Part shown: positions 12,793 to 26,566 of the stretch, in pieces
Position numbering within the stretch: position 1 is the first letter of the stretch
How the letters are laid out: every line of letters starts with the position of its first letter
Source of the DNA: Octopus sinensis
Lineage: Eukaryota
DNA length: 64,000 bases
NCBI RefSeq assembly: GCF_006345805.1
Contig: NC_042997.1
Location: 64,356,001 to 64,420,000, forward strand
Direction: 5' to 3'
Translations under genes and position numbers: made by a program
Notes under the pieces: generated by a model
The model's database searches: none
What the model was told of the DNA's origin: nothing
The model's input: only the letters and a program-made list of their open reading frames with translations

Positions 12793-13864
12793 CAATGCAC
12801 AGCACATTTCAGGAAACTCAAAACATGCGTAATTTAGATAACTATAATAAATTATGGGCTGCATAGATCATACATAAATGGCGCAGGGGCCTGCACCCAC
12901 CTCTCTCATAGTCACATCTATGATATAACGGAGAAAGCTGCTTATCAATTAGGTATGTAACATTTACTAAAAGTACTAAAAGAAAGAAATATTAAAAGCT
13001 TGACCGTCTCGAAATATTTTCATAAATTCATATTGTAAGAAATTGCCCATAGTTTAATTTCCTGAAGTTTATTGAATTTTTTAAAACTCCAAATTCTCGC
13101 AAATTAAATATTCATTGCATTCACGACGTTCAATTCTGAATGAATTCAAATATTCATTATATTCACTGCAGAGTAGATTTTAATATTTAATAATAAACAC
13201 TATTATTTCGCTGCAGGTAACATTATATATTTTTATTCGCAACAGTCTCTCATTCACACTCGCCTGTATGGTCATTAATGATAATTTCATAATAGTTGCA
13301 TAACTTTGATACGAGCCATAATTTCAAAAATATTATCAGTTTCCGGAGTTTGTTAATTGGGTATTTTTGATCAGATGAAAATTCTTTAATATACCGGTAA
13401 TTGATGCTGTATGAGATGTTGTTGTCCCTCTGTCTCCAGATGTGATTATTTCCTTTATCACTTCCCCTAATTGATGACTTGTGAATATTAAATCTTTTCT
13501 TGAAGCCAATTTACCACATAGCAATACATCCTTTCTTATCCACCAATTTCTTTATACATTTGAACTGACATTGGCTTAATAGTCAAGTGAAAATAGACGC
13601 CATACATCGTGTACACGCTTCTAAGCACCATTTCGAATAGTTCGCTCAATTACCTGAAAATAATGCCATATGCAGCGGACTTTCACAATACGTTTATTGA
13701 AAGTTATTTGTCAATGATAGAATTGAGAGAGATGCTTATCTTGTAAGGTCAGGAAAACCTTAATACCTAGCTCAAAATATTTAAAGCGACAGGTGATGTA
13801 AATCTTATAGAAATCGTACGTCACTTCTTGTATCATGAATGTGTACCATTTACCTTATACTCAC

Positions 13865-13918
13865 GTCTTTGACAGTGCAAAGGCGTAGAAACGAATGCAT
13901 TTGAAGAATAAAATATGC
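13865..13918 (-). other. Candidate 54-nt exon (unknown host transcript)
   Basis: Minus strand: tattcctattacag|54 nt|gtgagt. Strong donor, reasonable acceptor, all three frames open. No homology recognised. Confidence 0.3.
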
Positions 13919-14238
13919 CTGTAATAGGAATATACTACATAATGTTAGGAATAACCCCATAGGCATGTTTAACAACAATGTGTTTACACTTAAAGCAGTT
14001 ATTGTTCTAATTAAAGCTGGTTTTCCAGACTAATCCCGAATGACTGATGAAACATCTACAAACCTTTCCAAAATTCGAATGAATTGCTTTGTTACATAAA
14101 TAAGCATTCCGCCTAACAATTGCGTTTAAAAAACTCAACGCTAACAATAATTTCTAACCTTTAACGTCTATTCGTCAAAACATTACATGTTCTAAACAAT
14201 TTATGAATAATTTCCGACTTTACTCGTTACCCTTATCT

Positions 14239-14283
14239 CGATGTAGCTATCGAATAATCTTTAATTATTCGATAGCTACATCG
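14239..14283. repeat. Perfect 20-bp inverted repeat with 5-nt loop
   Basis: CGATGTAGCTATCGAATAAT-cttta-ATTATTCGATAGCTACATCG. Confidence 0.95.
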
Positions 14284-15007
14284 TGTGTATTGTGATGTCT
14301 TGTTACATACAGAGGTTGATTTACTTAAAATTCATTTTACCTTAACGTTGAATCTAATCATGAAAACAATATAAGGGATCAAACTTTCAGTACTAGCTCG
14401 AAATCAATGTCACCAGTAATACAATCGAATGAAGTTAGAAATAAACTTCTGATATAAATCTTGTGTTCAAAGGATCAACTTATTGAAATCGTAATATGTC
14501 ATGGTCTTATTTATTATTTGTTGTAAAACGCTGCAGTAATTACTTTATTTACATCGTACACAGTATCAGTTATTGAAACGTTTTGAAGAATGATTTTCAT
14601 TTTATGTGAAGCGAACATAGAAAACATAAGCATTTATTATTCTTGGAGTTGTAACTTTTATATAGCCCCGAATCATTTCACAGCTAGTTAGACAAGAACA
14701 CCGTTTTATTTATTTATTGTTACATATATTGCTAAATATTGGAATTTTCTTCAATGTGCTGAAAAGCTTTTTAATTGGTCTTATATGCAAAGTAAAACAG
14801 ATAAGTGAATATACCCAGTCGACTTCCATCAAAATGTAAATTCAAACATGAGATTTTCACATAAATTTGCTACGTAAATTTAAATTTTAATTCACATTAA
14901 AATCATGCTATAACACACCCATAGAAATTTAATCATGCTAAGACCTACGTGTAGACACGTATGTATTTCTTTCTACATACTCATTTATGATCTTTGAAGC
15001 TCACACC

Positions 15008-15340
15008 TATTATATATAATCCGTTCTGTCAGTCTGAGTGTGTGTCGTCTAGGATTTCGGGCATCCTCCATCCGATTGCGCTCAAATTTGATATGTAGAT
15101 ACCGACGGCATCAGGGCGTGTATAAGTTTTGAAAAAATTGCAAAAATCGATTCCAGATGAGAATGCGATCGATAAAGGTGTGGGAACGTGCATTTGTACG
15201 CGCAAGTACATCAGCTGTTGCGATCGATACTACGCGTACGCAAGAAAAATTCTATCTATTTTTTTCATTTGCTGGTGTCTCAAATTTAGATTAAATCAGA
15301 GTTTCTCAAAGGGGAGGCCTATGGGACGGTCGAACAATTT
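15008..15340 (+). mobile_element. Probable non-autonomous Helitron-type repeat remnant
   Basis: TATATATAAT..CTGTCAGTCTG start and ATCCGATTGCGCTCAAATTTG motif resemble 5' regions of non-autonomous rolling-circle elements; no 3' CTRR terminus seen. Confidence 0.4.
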
Positions 15341-17269
15341 ATTTTGAGAAAATCTGGTTTAAAGGTTTGACAACTCAGCACCGTCCAAATAATGATGGGC
15401 AGAAGTACACGTGAAATAATTTTGTGAATGAAACCTCAGGCATATTTTCCCTAACTCTGATCCTACCTTTCAAGCTCCATTAAGATGGTTTTTACCATAT
15501 TATATTAAGTTACAACATTTTATGATATTTCTAATAAAAGAAAACAAAAGGAAGTACATATTCCCGCTGGCTGTGTAATGACTTAATATTATGTAAACGT
15601 TACAACTACAAGAACAATGAATGCTTACACCTACCAAGATTGTAACACATAAAACAAAGAAAATCTGTTTTCATATCTCTTCAGTAAATGATATGATTGA
15701 ATTTGTATTGATATTTCATTTTACTACATAGAGTAAACAGCAACACTGCTGCAATATATATTACATATTGCAATATCAATATGTTGATCTTTTGAGCGTG
15801 AAGCTTACATAAGCAGTTTCAGTCGATGTAATAGAGAATTGGTTTCGTGTTAACACTGGAAATGTGATCTGAGTTTTACTATTCTAATAATTAGATTCCA
15901 AGTTCAGTTAAAATTAAATTCAGATGAATTCGAATGAAATATAAAATTAATTGATACACTCAACCAAGAAATGCATGTGAATAATCTTAAAATATTACGG
16001 GATCTATTCTTGTTTTGCTTTAAGGAGGTGCAACAGCTTATCAGTTAGACATTTAGTTGAGTGAATTTACTTTATTGCATTACAAGCAATTATTTTATGA
16101 GCACAATAAGACTTTTAAATTTCCTTAAAATGATAAAGGTATGGAAAGATTTTATTTCATATATTTAATAGCTGAACTCTTTTCAAATAAAATTACAGAC
16201 TTAAAATGGTAGAAAAAAATAAATGTAAAATGCATCGATATAATTCAAATGTAAGTTTTATAATTCTGATAATTTATAATGAAATTAATCATCAAAGATA
16301 ATTTACAATTAAATACATTAGGTCTATATTATTAGTATATTACTGGTGCACAACAACGTTAACATAGGAAATATTTGCGCTGATGCATGAAATGGAAGAC
16401 GTACCCCACCAGATATGTATTCTTTAAGTATTACTAAGTTGAAAACAACACAGCAGGTACATTCTCACATTGAATTTAATCCTCGAACACACTTCAACGG
16501 AATCCTATAACCTCTGTGTGGCATCCAACTCCAGGTTTAAATGTTTAAATTACATATATTAAATATTTTTTGTATTATCTTATTTCAATTATTGTTGGAG
16601 TCAACATCATGTACAAGAACACTGAAATTTATAAAATAAACAATTGTGACATATTTGATATAATTGTATATTTGTACTTCTAATAATTTACCTAGTCTCA
16701 AATTCGTTATTAATTGTTGTTTGACAAGAAATATTTTAATTATTATCTCATATTAGAAAGATAAAGAGCGAGGGTGAGAGAGAGTTAGAGAGTAAAAAAT
16801 ATTTCTGACAGCAATGCTATCTTTCAACTTTATATTTTGGAAGGGTATTTTCTTAAGATCGGAATATAGAAAAAAGGATAACAGATTTGATTCTCCGTGG
16901 ATTCAATGTTTATGCAGTAAATACTTACTTATATTGAAATAAGATCACATATGTTTCGTGGAAAACGATTACAAGCCAATGAATAATCGGCTTCTATCAT
17001 CGTATTAAAATTTTAACTAAGAATGCGAGGAGATTTAAATGAATACCAAGAGTACTATTATAGTACTGCAGCAGATGCTTTGATGAAATGGATTTAAAAA
17101 TTAGGTACATATATTTAATGAATTTACATCATGAATTGAACCGATCATAATCATTTATTCGATGGTTGGGAGATGGTTTCAGAGTTGCTGCTTTTAATTT
17201 TGTATCTGTCACCACTACCTTCAACTTACACTACTATTTTTCAATATTTTCAAACCACTTACGTTCCTG

Positions 17270-17635
17270 TTTTGCCGCAGCCGACTTTACTTTTCATCTT
17301 TTCGGAGATGATAAAACAAGCACCACCTGAGCACAGGGGTTGACGTAATCAACTTAGGCTATCCTTCAAAATGGCAATTCTTCTATCGAAATTTGAAACC
17401 TATATTTGTAAATCACGTAAACCAACGAGTTGGTTGGATCGTTAGCACACAGCCAAACTCTTTAGAGGTATTTCGTCTGTCTTTATATTCTGAGTTCAAA
17501 TTCGAGGTCGACATTGCCTTTCATTCCTTTGGGGTCTATAAAATAAGTACAATTTTAGCATTCAGTTCGATGTACTCGACTCATCCATGACCCCAAAACT
17601 GATGACTTTGTCTCAAAATGTGAAACAATATTTCT
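17270..17635 (+). mobile_element. Two adjacent degenerate SINE family A copies
   Basis: CCGACTTTACTTTTCATCTTTTCGGAGATGATAAAA (3' half), then GTATTTCGTCTGTC..GAGTTCAAATT..GGTCGAC. Confidence 0.65.
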
Positions 17636-18868
17636 AAATCACGTGAATATATATAGAAATATAAATGCTTCAGCATATAAAATATCATTATGTGTATGCG
17701 AAAGGAAAATTTCTCACGGATTGAAAGACCTGCTTTTTGTTGTTTTTGTTGTTTGTTTTGGGGGGTATTTCACATAGTTGAAATGATTTCTAGCTTAAGT
17801 ATAAAAGCATTTTCTTAATGAATTTCTTGTCACCTAACAGAAAATATAAAATAAGTTTATAAGGAAAATATAAACATAGCTGTATGTGTAATAAATTAAG
17901 TACTATGAGTTAATATTCTATTATGATAACATGGCATGCTGTTGTTCAGCATCGATTTCTTGTAAACTACATGGTAAACTCGTTCAAGAGGCATGCATAA
18001 AAATCTCCATAGTGTAGGTAAAAGTGCAGTTTGTTTTCAATGCTGTTCTGACAAACTAACACACAGAGATTACAATGAATTTGGATATACATTAAAAGGT
18101 AAAATTTGAAGATGGTCGTGATCAGCTAACATTTCATTATACATGTTCACAATAACCTAGACTGAAAACATGAATATATGTATTAAAAATGTCTTCCCAT
18201 CGATAAAATTTACACACAAATTAACGTAATTAACTTCTGATAGATGTTCTGTAGAAACATCATTCAAATTCTTAATGTATGCATCACGAACTAGTGAAAG
18301 ATATCTACAGGAAATCATGAAATAACTTGGCCCTCTTTGTTTTCACCAATTACATTTACACAAATTATCTGCACATTCCGTGTTTTCCTTTGGTTCAGGA
18401 TAAATATCTAATGAGCTCTTTAAACTTCATCAAAAATGGATCAACGAATTGTACACTTTTATCTCAGAAACTTTAATTGAAATATTGTCACGCAAAGATT
18501 ACTTTATGGCATAGGAAATCAATAATATCATTTAAAGCATTATACACTTGAAACAAGCATTATGATTGAAAATCTAAATGGACACATTGGAATTATATGT
18601 GTATCTTTAAGACACACAGAAACGCAGAAACACACACACGCAAACATTTATCATAAATCACTATAATTAGAATCTTCGAAACAACGTGTAGTATCTCTCT
18701 TTACGAAAGGTGAAAACTCGAAACAAATATAGCTGCAGTTAATAGCAGATTAAAAGAAATGTGGATACAAAAATCCAAAGCTACCATTGGGACAATGATC
18801 AGCAGGATGTAGGTATGTACATGTATTATGGGTATGCGTATACATATGCATACGTTTATCTATGCATA

Positions 18869-18907
<39 letters not shown>

Positions 18908-19000
18908 GTATTTGAGTCAATGTATATATATATATACACCAATGTACATGCATGTATCTATCTATATATCCATACATACATGTATACGTGTATATCATTA

Positions 19001-19043
<43 letters not shown>

Positions 19044-19045
<2 letters not shown>

Positions 19046-19205
19046 CATAGTAGTGGTTGTGTGGTAAATAGCTTGCTTACAAGCCACATGATTCCGGGTG
19101 CAGTCCCACTGCGTGGCACCATGGGTAGGTGTCTTATATCATAACCACGGGCCAACCAAAGCCTTTTGAGTGGATTTGGTAGACCGAAACTGAAAGAAGC
19201 ACGTC

Positions 19206-19207
<2 letters not shown>
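19044..19207 (+). mobile_element. tRNA-derived SINE family B, 5' half
   Basis: A-box-like TGGTTGTGTGGT, B-box-like GGTGCAGTCCC, GGATTTGGTAGAC body shared with 21186-21609 and 42409-42782. Confidence 0.85.
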
Positions 19208-19245
<38 letters not shown>

Positions 19246-19279
19246 GAAGGTCTTTCGCCATTCTTATTTTTGTTATGTA

Positions 19280-19310
<31 letters not shown>

Positions 19311-19817
19311 TTTGGAATGGCCATATTGCCAGTTTAGCCAATAAAAACACACGCACTATATATTTGGTGTTATTTTGCTTCAGTGGTATTTATTTTTTAC
19401 ATTAATCTTAATCTTATTTCGGCCAGAGTTCTTTCGTCACACTCCTGTGACCGCATCAGTGGTCCTTTGTTTTCTTCTTTCGTATTTGTGTCTCTCCTTA
19501 CTAACCGTCAGCTATTTTGTATTCCTATTGTATGTCTTCATTTGCACATGCTTATATCTCTATGTGCGTCTATGTTTATTTAGTGTGTGTGTGGGGGGGG
19601 GATGCCTGTAATATTTGTATCTTCTGTTTATATACATTCATGTAATTTGTATTTTGTTTTTGTTGTTGTTGCTTTTGTTCTAATTTTGTTCATGTGTTTA
19701 CATCCACCCATTATTATCATTACATATGCTTGTATGTATGTATAACAACAATATTAGTAATAATAATAATAAATCTAATCGAAAAAAAAATATATACATA
19801 TACACATATATATACAC

Positions 19818-19895
<78 letters not shown>

Positions 19896-19940
19896 AATTG
19901 AAGAAATGGAGTTGAACGAAGATTGAACAGAAATCGTTTT

Positions 19941-20030
19941 ATTTCATTCTACACGTGTTTCGAAAGGCACAATTACCAAATTCCGATTGAATAATGAGAC
20001 CATATTGTGTTTTTCTCTTCAGGAAGAAAT
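19941..20030 (-). ncRNA. Type I hammerhead ribozyme motif (inverted copy)
   Basis: Minus strand: ATTTCTTC-CTGAAGA-GAAA..TTTC-GAAAC-ACGT-GTA-GAATGAAAT; core intact. Confidence 0.8.
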
Positions 20031-20122
20031 AGGAAATCCGTTGGCCATGGGCTCTTAGGAGCCTAGTTCGATTTGTTTTGCTCCGCCTCTGTTCTGTTTT
20101 TGTTTTTTCCAACGGATTTCCT

Positions 20123-20213
20123 ATTTCTTCCTGAAGAGAAAGACACAATATGGTCTCATTATTCAATCGGAATTTGGTAAATTGTGCCTTTCGAAACACG
20201 TGTAGAATGAAAT
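20123..20213 (+). ncRNA. Type I hammerhead ribozyme motif
   Basis: ATTTCTTC (stem I), CTGAAGA, GAAAG-A-CACAAT..ATTGTG-C-CTTTC (helix II), GAAAC ACGT GTA (palindromic ACACGTGT; predicted cut after 20204), GAA-T-GAAAT (stem I'). Confidence 0.85.
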
Positions 20214-20422
20214 AAAACGATTTCTGTTCAATCTTCGTTCAACTCCATTTCTTCAATTCAATAATAATATTAAAATTCAATTATCCGCACCAACGCACGG
20301 TTGCAACACCATATGGTTGTACCTCCAACCGTGCTGTCTTCTGCTGTGATTTTTGCTACCAAGGTATCGGTTAAACTTTTGATTAATCTGCAACAAGATT
20401 ATTCATCTTTCTATTTCACATA

Positions 20423-20492
<70 letters not shown>

Positions 20493-21078
20493 TGAGAATA
20501 AAAGAAGGAAAATGCACACGCACTTTACATACTTTTAATCTATTTTGTATTGTTTTTGTTCAGCGGTTTCCTTTTCGCCAATCATGACACTGAAATAATT
20601 GCAACTTCGTATTTTCTTCAGAAAATTGTAATCCATGTATGTGGAGAAGTTGATGAATGAACGATTTAACAAGTGGAAAAATCTAAGGGGAGGTAATTGG
20701 TGATCGTTATCCTTAGGGACCAGTGAGGTAATTGTTCATCATTCGGGAAGAGGATAAATATGCACAAAAACTTAAAAGTGAGAAATAAACGCATTATTGA
20801 TGGGTATGTGATCATGAATTGAAATATATACTAAGTTGGTTATGCATTCATATTTAGACGCGTTTTGTATTTTTCGATGAACATTTTTCCTTTATTTAAA
20901 TGTCCATGTATAGAAATTGTTTCTTTGCACTGGTAGATGTGTAAAACTGAAGTTTGTTTAGATATTACCAGCGCATCTCTCTATGTGTTCACTCAAAGGA
21001 ACCTGTGTGTGTTGGGGGAACCGGATCTGCTCTTTATGAAGTGAGTTGCTATGTATACACACACGCATATATAATATT

Positions 21079-21176
<98 letters not shown>

Positions 21177-21185
21177 TATATATAT

Positions 21186-21609
21186 TACTCTTTTACTCTT
21201 TTACTCTTTTACTTGTTTCAGTCATTTGACTGCAGCCATTTGACTGCAGCCATGGTGGAGCACCGCCTTTAGTCGAGCAAATAGACCCCGGGACTTATTC
21301 TTTGTAAGCCCAGTACTTATTCTATCGGTCTCTTTTGCCGAACCGCTAAGTGACGGAGACGTAACCACACCAGCATTGGTTGTCAAGCAATGCTAGGGGG
21401 ACAAACACAGACACACAAACATATACACACTTATATATATATATACATATATACGACAGGCTTCTTTCAGTGTCCGTCTACCAAATCCCCTCACAAGGAA
21501 TCGGTCGGCCCAGGGCTATAGCAGAAGACACTTGCCCAAGATGCCACGCAGTGGGACTGAACCCGGAACCATGTGGTTGGTTAGCAAGCTACTTACCACA
21601 CAGCCACTC
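21186..21609 (-). mobile_element. Near full-length tRNA-derived SINE family B
   Basis: Minus-strand head GAGTGGCTGTGTGGTAAG..GGTTCAGTCCC, internal microsatellite, (GAGTAAAA)n tail, 14-bp tandem duplication CATTTGACTGCAGC. Confidence 0.9.
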
Positions 21610-23614
21610 ATATATATATATATTTATAAAACTAGTACATACTTGAAATTAATTCTATGTTGTTCATACTCACCTACTTCTTAAAAGAGCACAGGTAGTC
21701 TAAATTTTTAAAAAATAGCAGATTAATTTTCTGAAGGTCAATGGCATCATTTCAAAAAGAACTGCTTTACTTTATCAAGTATGCTGTTGTAGTAAAGGTT
21801 GCTTCTTCTTACAACCTCCATTATTATATACAGTGAAATAGATATAATCGATACGTTTCATAGATAATATCCATATGTACTAAATTTGAATTATGTTTTA
21901 TGAAACTTCGTCACACATTGAACATAGTTAGACATTTGTCTGCACACGCAATCTATATCTATCTATAGTTTCTAAAATATATTCAGCACCCATTAATGAT
22001 ATATTAGCATTACTGAATTCTTTCATTAAATAGAGAAAAAATATATGTCAATTAAATCCCAATATCTTATATACTTTCTAATCGATATAATGTGAGAGGA
22101 ACTTACTGAGCAAGAGTTAAGACTCATTGGTTTTGAGCCCATAAACTTTATGACAGTTTGTGGAAATAAATCTTTCGACGACTATATAAATTTGACGAGA
22201 ATAATTTGTTGCCAAGCACTTATCGGTAGAAATAAATTTCAGAAAGACAGTAAATTTTTTAAATGTTCTCCCTTCCTTTACGGTAAAAGACGCAAATTTT
22301 GTGCGGTCAATTATTCTGAATGCATTTCTCCATTACATATTATGCATATAAAGTTAAGTATTACAACAAATCTCTTGAAAGCTCTAAATCTCTATCGCAT
22401 ATATCAACGTACTTCTAGTTAAAATAATGTTTCGATAGAAGGCTTAGAAGGATAAATATGGTAATCCAGAACGTATTTTCTCCCTATACGTTACGTTGTG
22501 TGTAAAACATTTATGCTACTCTCTAATAGATTTCAACATTCCAGTTTTATAAAACATGTATTGAAAATTATATTGCAACATATCATCAAATGTTATGGAA
22601 GAGACTTTGAATTAACATGACTGAATAAATATAGTAAATATTAAACGAGAAGTACCCGATTCGAAATTTATCCAAATTTTGTTCATGAAACACAATTTCA
22701 CATTTCTCTAACAGTTCTCACGTGATGGCACATAGATGACGTTGAAGTTTGCCTCCACTTCATCGTTGGTGATGTACAATTATAACGTGAAATATTTCAT
22801 GTGCATGAGTTCTTTAGAGACGCCCAAGCCCCCGATGATCTGAATAATGCAGCAAGAATCGCATTCAATGCATGCCTGGTTTAAATTTTAAAAGATGGTT
22901 TTAGTCCTCTGTACAATAATTATTATGGGTGTTTTCTCTACAACAAAAAGTATAATTCAAAGGGGATTTATAAAACAAGTTTGTACCCGTGTATTAAACC
23001 ACCAAATTGTTTCCTTTTTATAATTGCAAACGATATCATAAATTTGTGAATTGTCACACTACCATATCCAGGTTGATATGTATGTTGATTCATATTTTAA
23101 TATTGTCATATATCCACCTATATTTTGGAGATTTCATCCTCCAACCACAGTCACACACCACAAAGAAAATGCTTAAAGTAACTAAAGGCTATTGCACATA
23201 AATTTGATATCGTTTTAGCACAGAGTATCTCTGTTTTTCATACCTTAAAGGAAATACATATATCGTTTCTAGCCTAAAACACTGATACGACATAATATCA
23301 GGACAAATTACACACCACTCGTATAGCTGTATAGATGTAAATGAAAATAGTTACTGCGAATAGATCAATTAGCCATTGGCATTCTTTTTACACTTACATA
23401 TGGATACTTTGTTAGAGGCCTTCCTAATATACATTGGAATTCCTATGCTATTTTTACTGATTGATTCCAAAGAGTAGCTATCACAAATCCATCATCTACT
23501 GTCCTCTTTACAGAAGGTATGCAAAAATAATCTCTAAAACATAGCATCAAACAAAACGGCATTTAAAGTCAAGTACATCAACTACTTTATTCGCTATCTC
23601 ATATATACTGTTTC

Positions 23615-23812
23615 TGTCAAGGCAATGAGCTGGAAGATGCGTAGCTGCATTTTATCCGTCTAACGTCCTGAGTTCAAACTCCGCTGGGGTCGACATTACA
23701 TTTCATCCTTTTCGGATTGATAAAATAAGTATCAGCTGAGCAATGGTTTCGGTGTAAGCAAATCGACATCACAGCCGAAATTAGTAGTCTCACGCCAAAG
23801 TCTGAAACTAGT
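23615..23812 (+). mobile_element. Degenerate SINE family A
   Basis: GGCAATGAGCTGG head; GAGTTCAAACTCCGC..GGTCGAC..GATAAAATAAGT. Confidence 0.65.
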
Positions 23813-23975
23813 ATAACATTTCTATCAATTAATAATGTTCAACACCACATTTCTAGAGTAATACTCAATAACTTGATTGAATAAATGTTTTTGCATAAAT
23901 CCTTTTCAGTATTTCGAGTGGTGTTTCTCAATTGTAGTTTAACAAATACACAAACATGTTTATGTACACAGAGAG

Positions 23976-24197
<222 letters not shown>

Positions 24198-25073
24198 CGT
24201 AAGTTGTAGAATACCAATATCAAATATGTATCCGATAAAGCTTGTGCAACTAAACCTGAAATGTGGTGTTTGATGATTGTGCAACTTTAATATTTACTAA
24301 ATTTATTTAATATCTCCACTGCAAGCAAATGCTATTAGGTGTCAATTTTTAAGGTGTGTGGATCAGTCTAAACGTACAATTTACGATAGTATTAAAGCAA
24401 AACAGGAGAAGATTATGAAACTCATAAAGAAAGTATTATTTACGACATGGTGTGTTACTTACTTGATAGAACGGACAATATATTTGAAATATTTTTGTTC
24501 AGATAGAGAAATAAAAGTATTGAACAATCTCCTGTGAGGTCTGGCAAGTAATATCAGTTTAAATTTGAATATTTACAATGCTTTGCTAAGTTCGACAAAG
24601 AATATTGCATAATACAAAAATAAGAACTTAGCAAATAATCTCCATTAATAAATGCTCTCTAAAAAATTCAATACATCATCTTAGAATATCGGTCATATTA
24701 TCATATATTTAATGGACATGTTTGTAGTGAATATTTGTTCTTATATGTGCATACAAACACACATATGTATAATAATCTAATCCTTTAAATAACAACGCTT
24801 TTCTGAGTGTGAAAATTCATAACGAAGTACTTGAACATTGCTTTTCAAGTAAAATAACATACACACACATACATATATATTTGAAATTTACACAAAAAAC
24901 AAAAGACGGAGAGACGTATATAAACAACGAACAAGTGTATTAGATTATATATAATTAATCCAGTATAATGTATATTATAATATATATGTAAATAAATTAT
25001 AAATAACTAAGAAGAAAACAACCTGAGCGCGTGGTACATGCAAAGTATGCATTATATAAGTGCATATATATAT

Positions 25074-25122
<49 letters not shown>

Positions 25123-25420
25123 CATGCAAATATATGTACATGCAATATATTGTTGTTGATGTCAGAAGCAATTGTAGTGGTGGAGATGATAAACGTGTCT
25201 TCATATTAAATCGATTGCACCGCGTTTCGCAGGAAGTTTAAGAACAGTCAGAAAAGTTTTTGTATCAGAGATTTAACGGTTCTTTATCATGTAAACTACC
25301 GGTCTCATACACTTTGTCTCGACTCTCAACTGAACCGATCAGCAGTGATTTGTACTTAAATGTCCTTTGCAATACCTTCCAAACCAATGCTAGCTCTCGC
25401 TCTCTCTTTCGCTCCCTTTG

Positions 25421-25459
<39 letters not shown>

Positions 25460-25519
25460 GCAAACACACATAAAAACACATATGTATATATATATACAAA
25501 AATATAAAATAATATATAT

Positions 25520-25640
25520 ATTCTTTTATTCTTTTATTTGTTTAAGACATTTGACTGCGGCCATGCTAGAGCACAATCTTTAGTCGATAAAATCGACCCT
25601 ATGTCTTATTCTTTATAAGCCCAGTACTTACTCTACTATA
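25520..25640 (-). mobile_element. SINE family B 3' fragment
   Basis: CATTTGACTGCGGCCATGCT..AAGCCCAGTACTTA matches 21186-21330. Confidence 0.7.
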
Positions 25641-25697
25641 GCCATCAGTAAGTAATTGAAACATAATTGAAGGGAGAAAAATCATATAATATTATGA

Positions 25698-25743
<46 letters not shown>

Positions 25744-25761
25744 GTAGTTGTTGTTGTTGTT

Positions 25762-26305
25762 TAAGGCAGCGAACTGACAGAATCGTTAGCACGTATGAAC
25801 GGAATGCTTAGCTTCGTTCTGATTGTTTCGAGCTGATAAAATAAGTACCAGTTGAATAATGGGGTCATTGTAATTAACTTATTCTCTCCCACGAAATTGC
25901 CGCCCTTGTGGCGGGATTTGCAACCACAATTGTTATAATTAACGCGGCGAGCTGGCACGCTAAACGAAATGCTTAGCGTTCTGAGTTCAAATTCCGCCGA
26001 GGTCGACTTTACCTTTCATCCTTTCGAGGACGATAAATTAAGTACCAGTTACGTACTGGGTTCGATATAGTCAGCTTAATCCGTTTGTCTATCCTTGTTT
26101 GTCCTCTCTGTGTTTAGCCCCTTGTGGGTAGTAAAGAAATAGGTATTTCGTCTGTCTTCACGTTCTGAATTCAAATTGCCCCGAGGTCAACTTTGCCTTT
26201 TATCTTTTTGGGGTCAATAAATTAACTACCAGTTGAGTATTTGTGTCGATATAATGGAATTAAATATTCCCCATAAATTTCAGACCTTGTACCTATTGCA
26301 GAAAT
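25762..26305 (+). mobile_element. Cluster of three head-to-tail SINE family A copies or fragments
   Basis: Pieces at about 25762, 25940 and 26142 each carry GATAAA(A/T)TAAGTACCAGTT-like bodies; (ATT)n tracts flank the cluster. Confidence 0.8.
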
Positions 26306-26370
26306 GATTATTATTTTTTATTATTGTTACCATTATTGTTGTTTTGTTGTTGTTGTTGTTGTTATTATTA

Positions 26371-26431
<61 letters not shown>

Positions 26432-26535
26432 CATCATTATTATTATTATTATTATTAGAAGAAGAAGAAGAAGAAGAAGAAGAAGAAGAAGAAGAGAAGA
26501 AGAAGAAGAAGAAGAAGAAGAAGAAGAAGAAGAAG

Positions 26536-26566
<31 letters not shown>
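26305..26566. repeat. Compound (GTT)n(ATT)n(GAA)n microsatellite
   Basis: Read directly; explains the poly-I/R/E/K ORFs. Confidence 0.95.

Larger units (their letters stand above)
19888..20266. repeat. Foldback: 157/158-bp inverted arms around a 64-nt spacer, each arm with a hammerhead motif (PLE pLTR-derived)
   Basis: 19888-20044 is the reverse complement of 20109-20266 apart from one substitution and one 1-nt indel. Confidence 0.95.

Noticed and set aside
13336-13524. 62-aa minus-strand ORF with protein-like composition
   Set aside because: No usable acceptor or ATG context and no recognisable domain.
18405-18515. Open frame SNELFKLHQKWINELYTFISETLIEILSRKDYFMA
   Set aside because: Bounded by stops, no compatible splice sites; its length is within chance.
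22718-22875. GC-richer patch bounded by AG/GT on the minus strand
   Set aside because: All three frames contain stops; no homology recognised.
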